From Escherichia coli (GTDB lineage Bacteria > Pseudomonadota > Gammaproteobacteria > Enterobacterales > Enterobacteriaceae), in NCBI RefSeq assembly GCF_003334255.1, contig NZ_QOWU01000251.1: a DNA stretch of 381 nucleotides, one strand, 5' to 3'. The position numbers and the translations under genes were made by a program. The notes under the pieces were generated by a model, which did not search any database, was not told the origin of the DNA, and worked only from the letters and a program-made list of their open reading frames with translations. Of the stretch, positions 1 to 381 are shown piece after piece (position 1 is the stretch's first letter; every line of letters begins with the position of its first letter).

Positions 1-381
1 CGATTTTTTGAAGCAATATGGTGATTTTGAAAATGGTATTCCTGTTCACGATACCATTGCCAGAGTTGTATCCTGTATCAGTCCTGCAAAATTTCACGAG
101 TGCTTTATTAACTGGATGCGTGACTGCCATTCTTCAGATGATAAAGACGTCATTGCAATTGATGGAAAAACGCTCCGGCACTCTTATGACAAGAGTCGCC
201 GCAGGGGAGCGATTCATGTCATTAGTGCGTTCTCAACAATGCACAGTCTGGTCATCGGACAGATCAAGACGGATGAGAAATCTAATGAGATTACAGCTAT
301 CCCAGAACTTCTTAACATGCTGGATATTAAAGGAAAAATCATCACAACTGATGCGATGGGTTGCCAGAAAGATATTGCAGA
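1..381 (+). CDS. ISAs1-family DDE transposase (H-repeat-associated protein, YhhI/YdcC/YbfL-like), internal fragment truncated at both ends; codon phase begins at nt 2
   Basis: Frame starting at nt 2 is open for 126 codons through nt 379, while frame 1 has stops at 22-24, 28-30 and 109-111. The translation ([22 protein letters not shown]...[76 protein letters not shown]) matches my recollection of the E. coli H-repeat-associated / ISAs1-family transposase, roughly residues 55-180 of a ~378-aa protein. All three minus-strand frames contain stops (reverse-complement stops at + positions 46-48, 78-80 and 134-136). Paralog cannot be determined from the fragment, so no gene symbol is given. Not verified by database search. 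Confidence 0.9.
1..381 (+). mobile_element. Internal part of an ISAs1-family insertion sequence (H-repeat / ISEc1-like); element boundaries and terminal inverted repeats lie outside the window
   Basis: The only gene content is the ISAs1-family transposase ORF. From established knowledge, such elements are about 1.3 kb with a single transposase gene, so the element should extend a few hundred bp upstream and about 0.7 kb downstream. GC of about 41.7% is below the typical enterobacterial backbone, consistent with a mobile element. Confidence 0.8.

Noticed and set aside
4-9. Run of six T residues that could be mistaken for the U-tract of an intrinsic terminator
   Set aside because: It is in-frame coding sequence (F-L) with only 3 nt upstream in the window and no visible GC-rich hairpin; a terminator cannot be supported.
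156-161. CAATTG palindrome here and a single GATC Dam site at 262-265
   Set aside because: Short palindromes of this size occur by chance in any 381-nt stretch; nothing suggests a regulatory or restriction-related role.
203-218. Shine-Dalgarno-like AGGGGAG (203-209) followed 6 nt later by ATG (216-218), suggesting an internal translation start
   Set aside because: The ATG is out of frame with the transposase (it lies in the +1 alternate frame), and the purine-rich stretch simply encodes Arg-Gly-Ala. It is kept only as a weak supporting detail for the alternate-frame finding, not as an annotated RBS.
328-339. A-rich run aaaggaaaaatc as a possible slippery site for programmed ribosomal frameshifting
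   Set aside because: It does not fit a canonical X-XXY-YYZ heptamer, and ISAs1-family elements encode one unfused transposase with no known frameshift, unlike IS1 or IS3; there is no downstream structure evidence.
1-381. Possible antisense (minus-strand) ORF overlapping the transposase
   Set aside because: All three minus-strand frames contain stops, e.g. reverse-complement stops at + positions 46-48 and 94-96, at 78-80, 105-107 and 108-110, and at 134-136, so no long antisense ORF exists.
1-381. CRISPR repeats, tRNA/ncRNA structure, or IS terminal inverted repeats
   Set aside because: I found no direct repeats of 20 nt or more, no cloverleaf-like structure, and the window is entirely internal to the ORF, so element ends cannot be present.

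Overview
The whole 381-nt window is an internal fragment of a single + strand gene (codon phase starting at nt 2, no stop through nt 379, truncated at both ends) encoding an ISAs1-family DDE transposase. I recognise it as the 'H-repeat-associated protein' family of Escherichia/Shigella (ISEc1/H-rpt type; K-12 paralogs include YhhI, YdcC, YbfL, YbfD), but cannot assign the paralog from this fragment and have run no search. The translation is [127 protein letters not shown]. The window contains no gene start or stop, RNA gene, CRISPR array, terminator or IS terminal repeat. I see no evidence of a novel system inside the window; it is a known mobile-element gene that marks an accessory region. 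The one unexplained sequence-level oddity is a second, completely stop-free reading frame (+1 relative to the transposase frame) across nt 12-380, most likely a compositional artefact. GC content is about 41.7% (159/381 by hand count).
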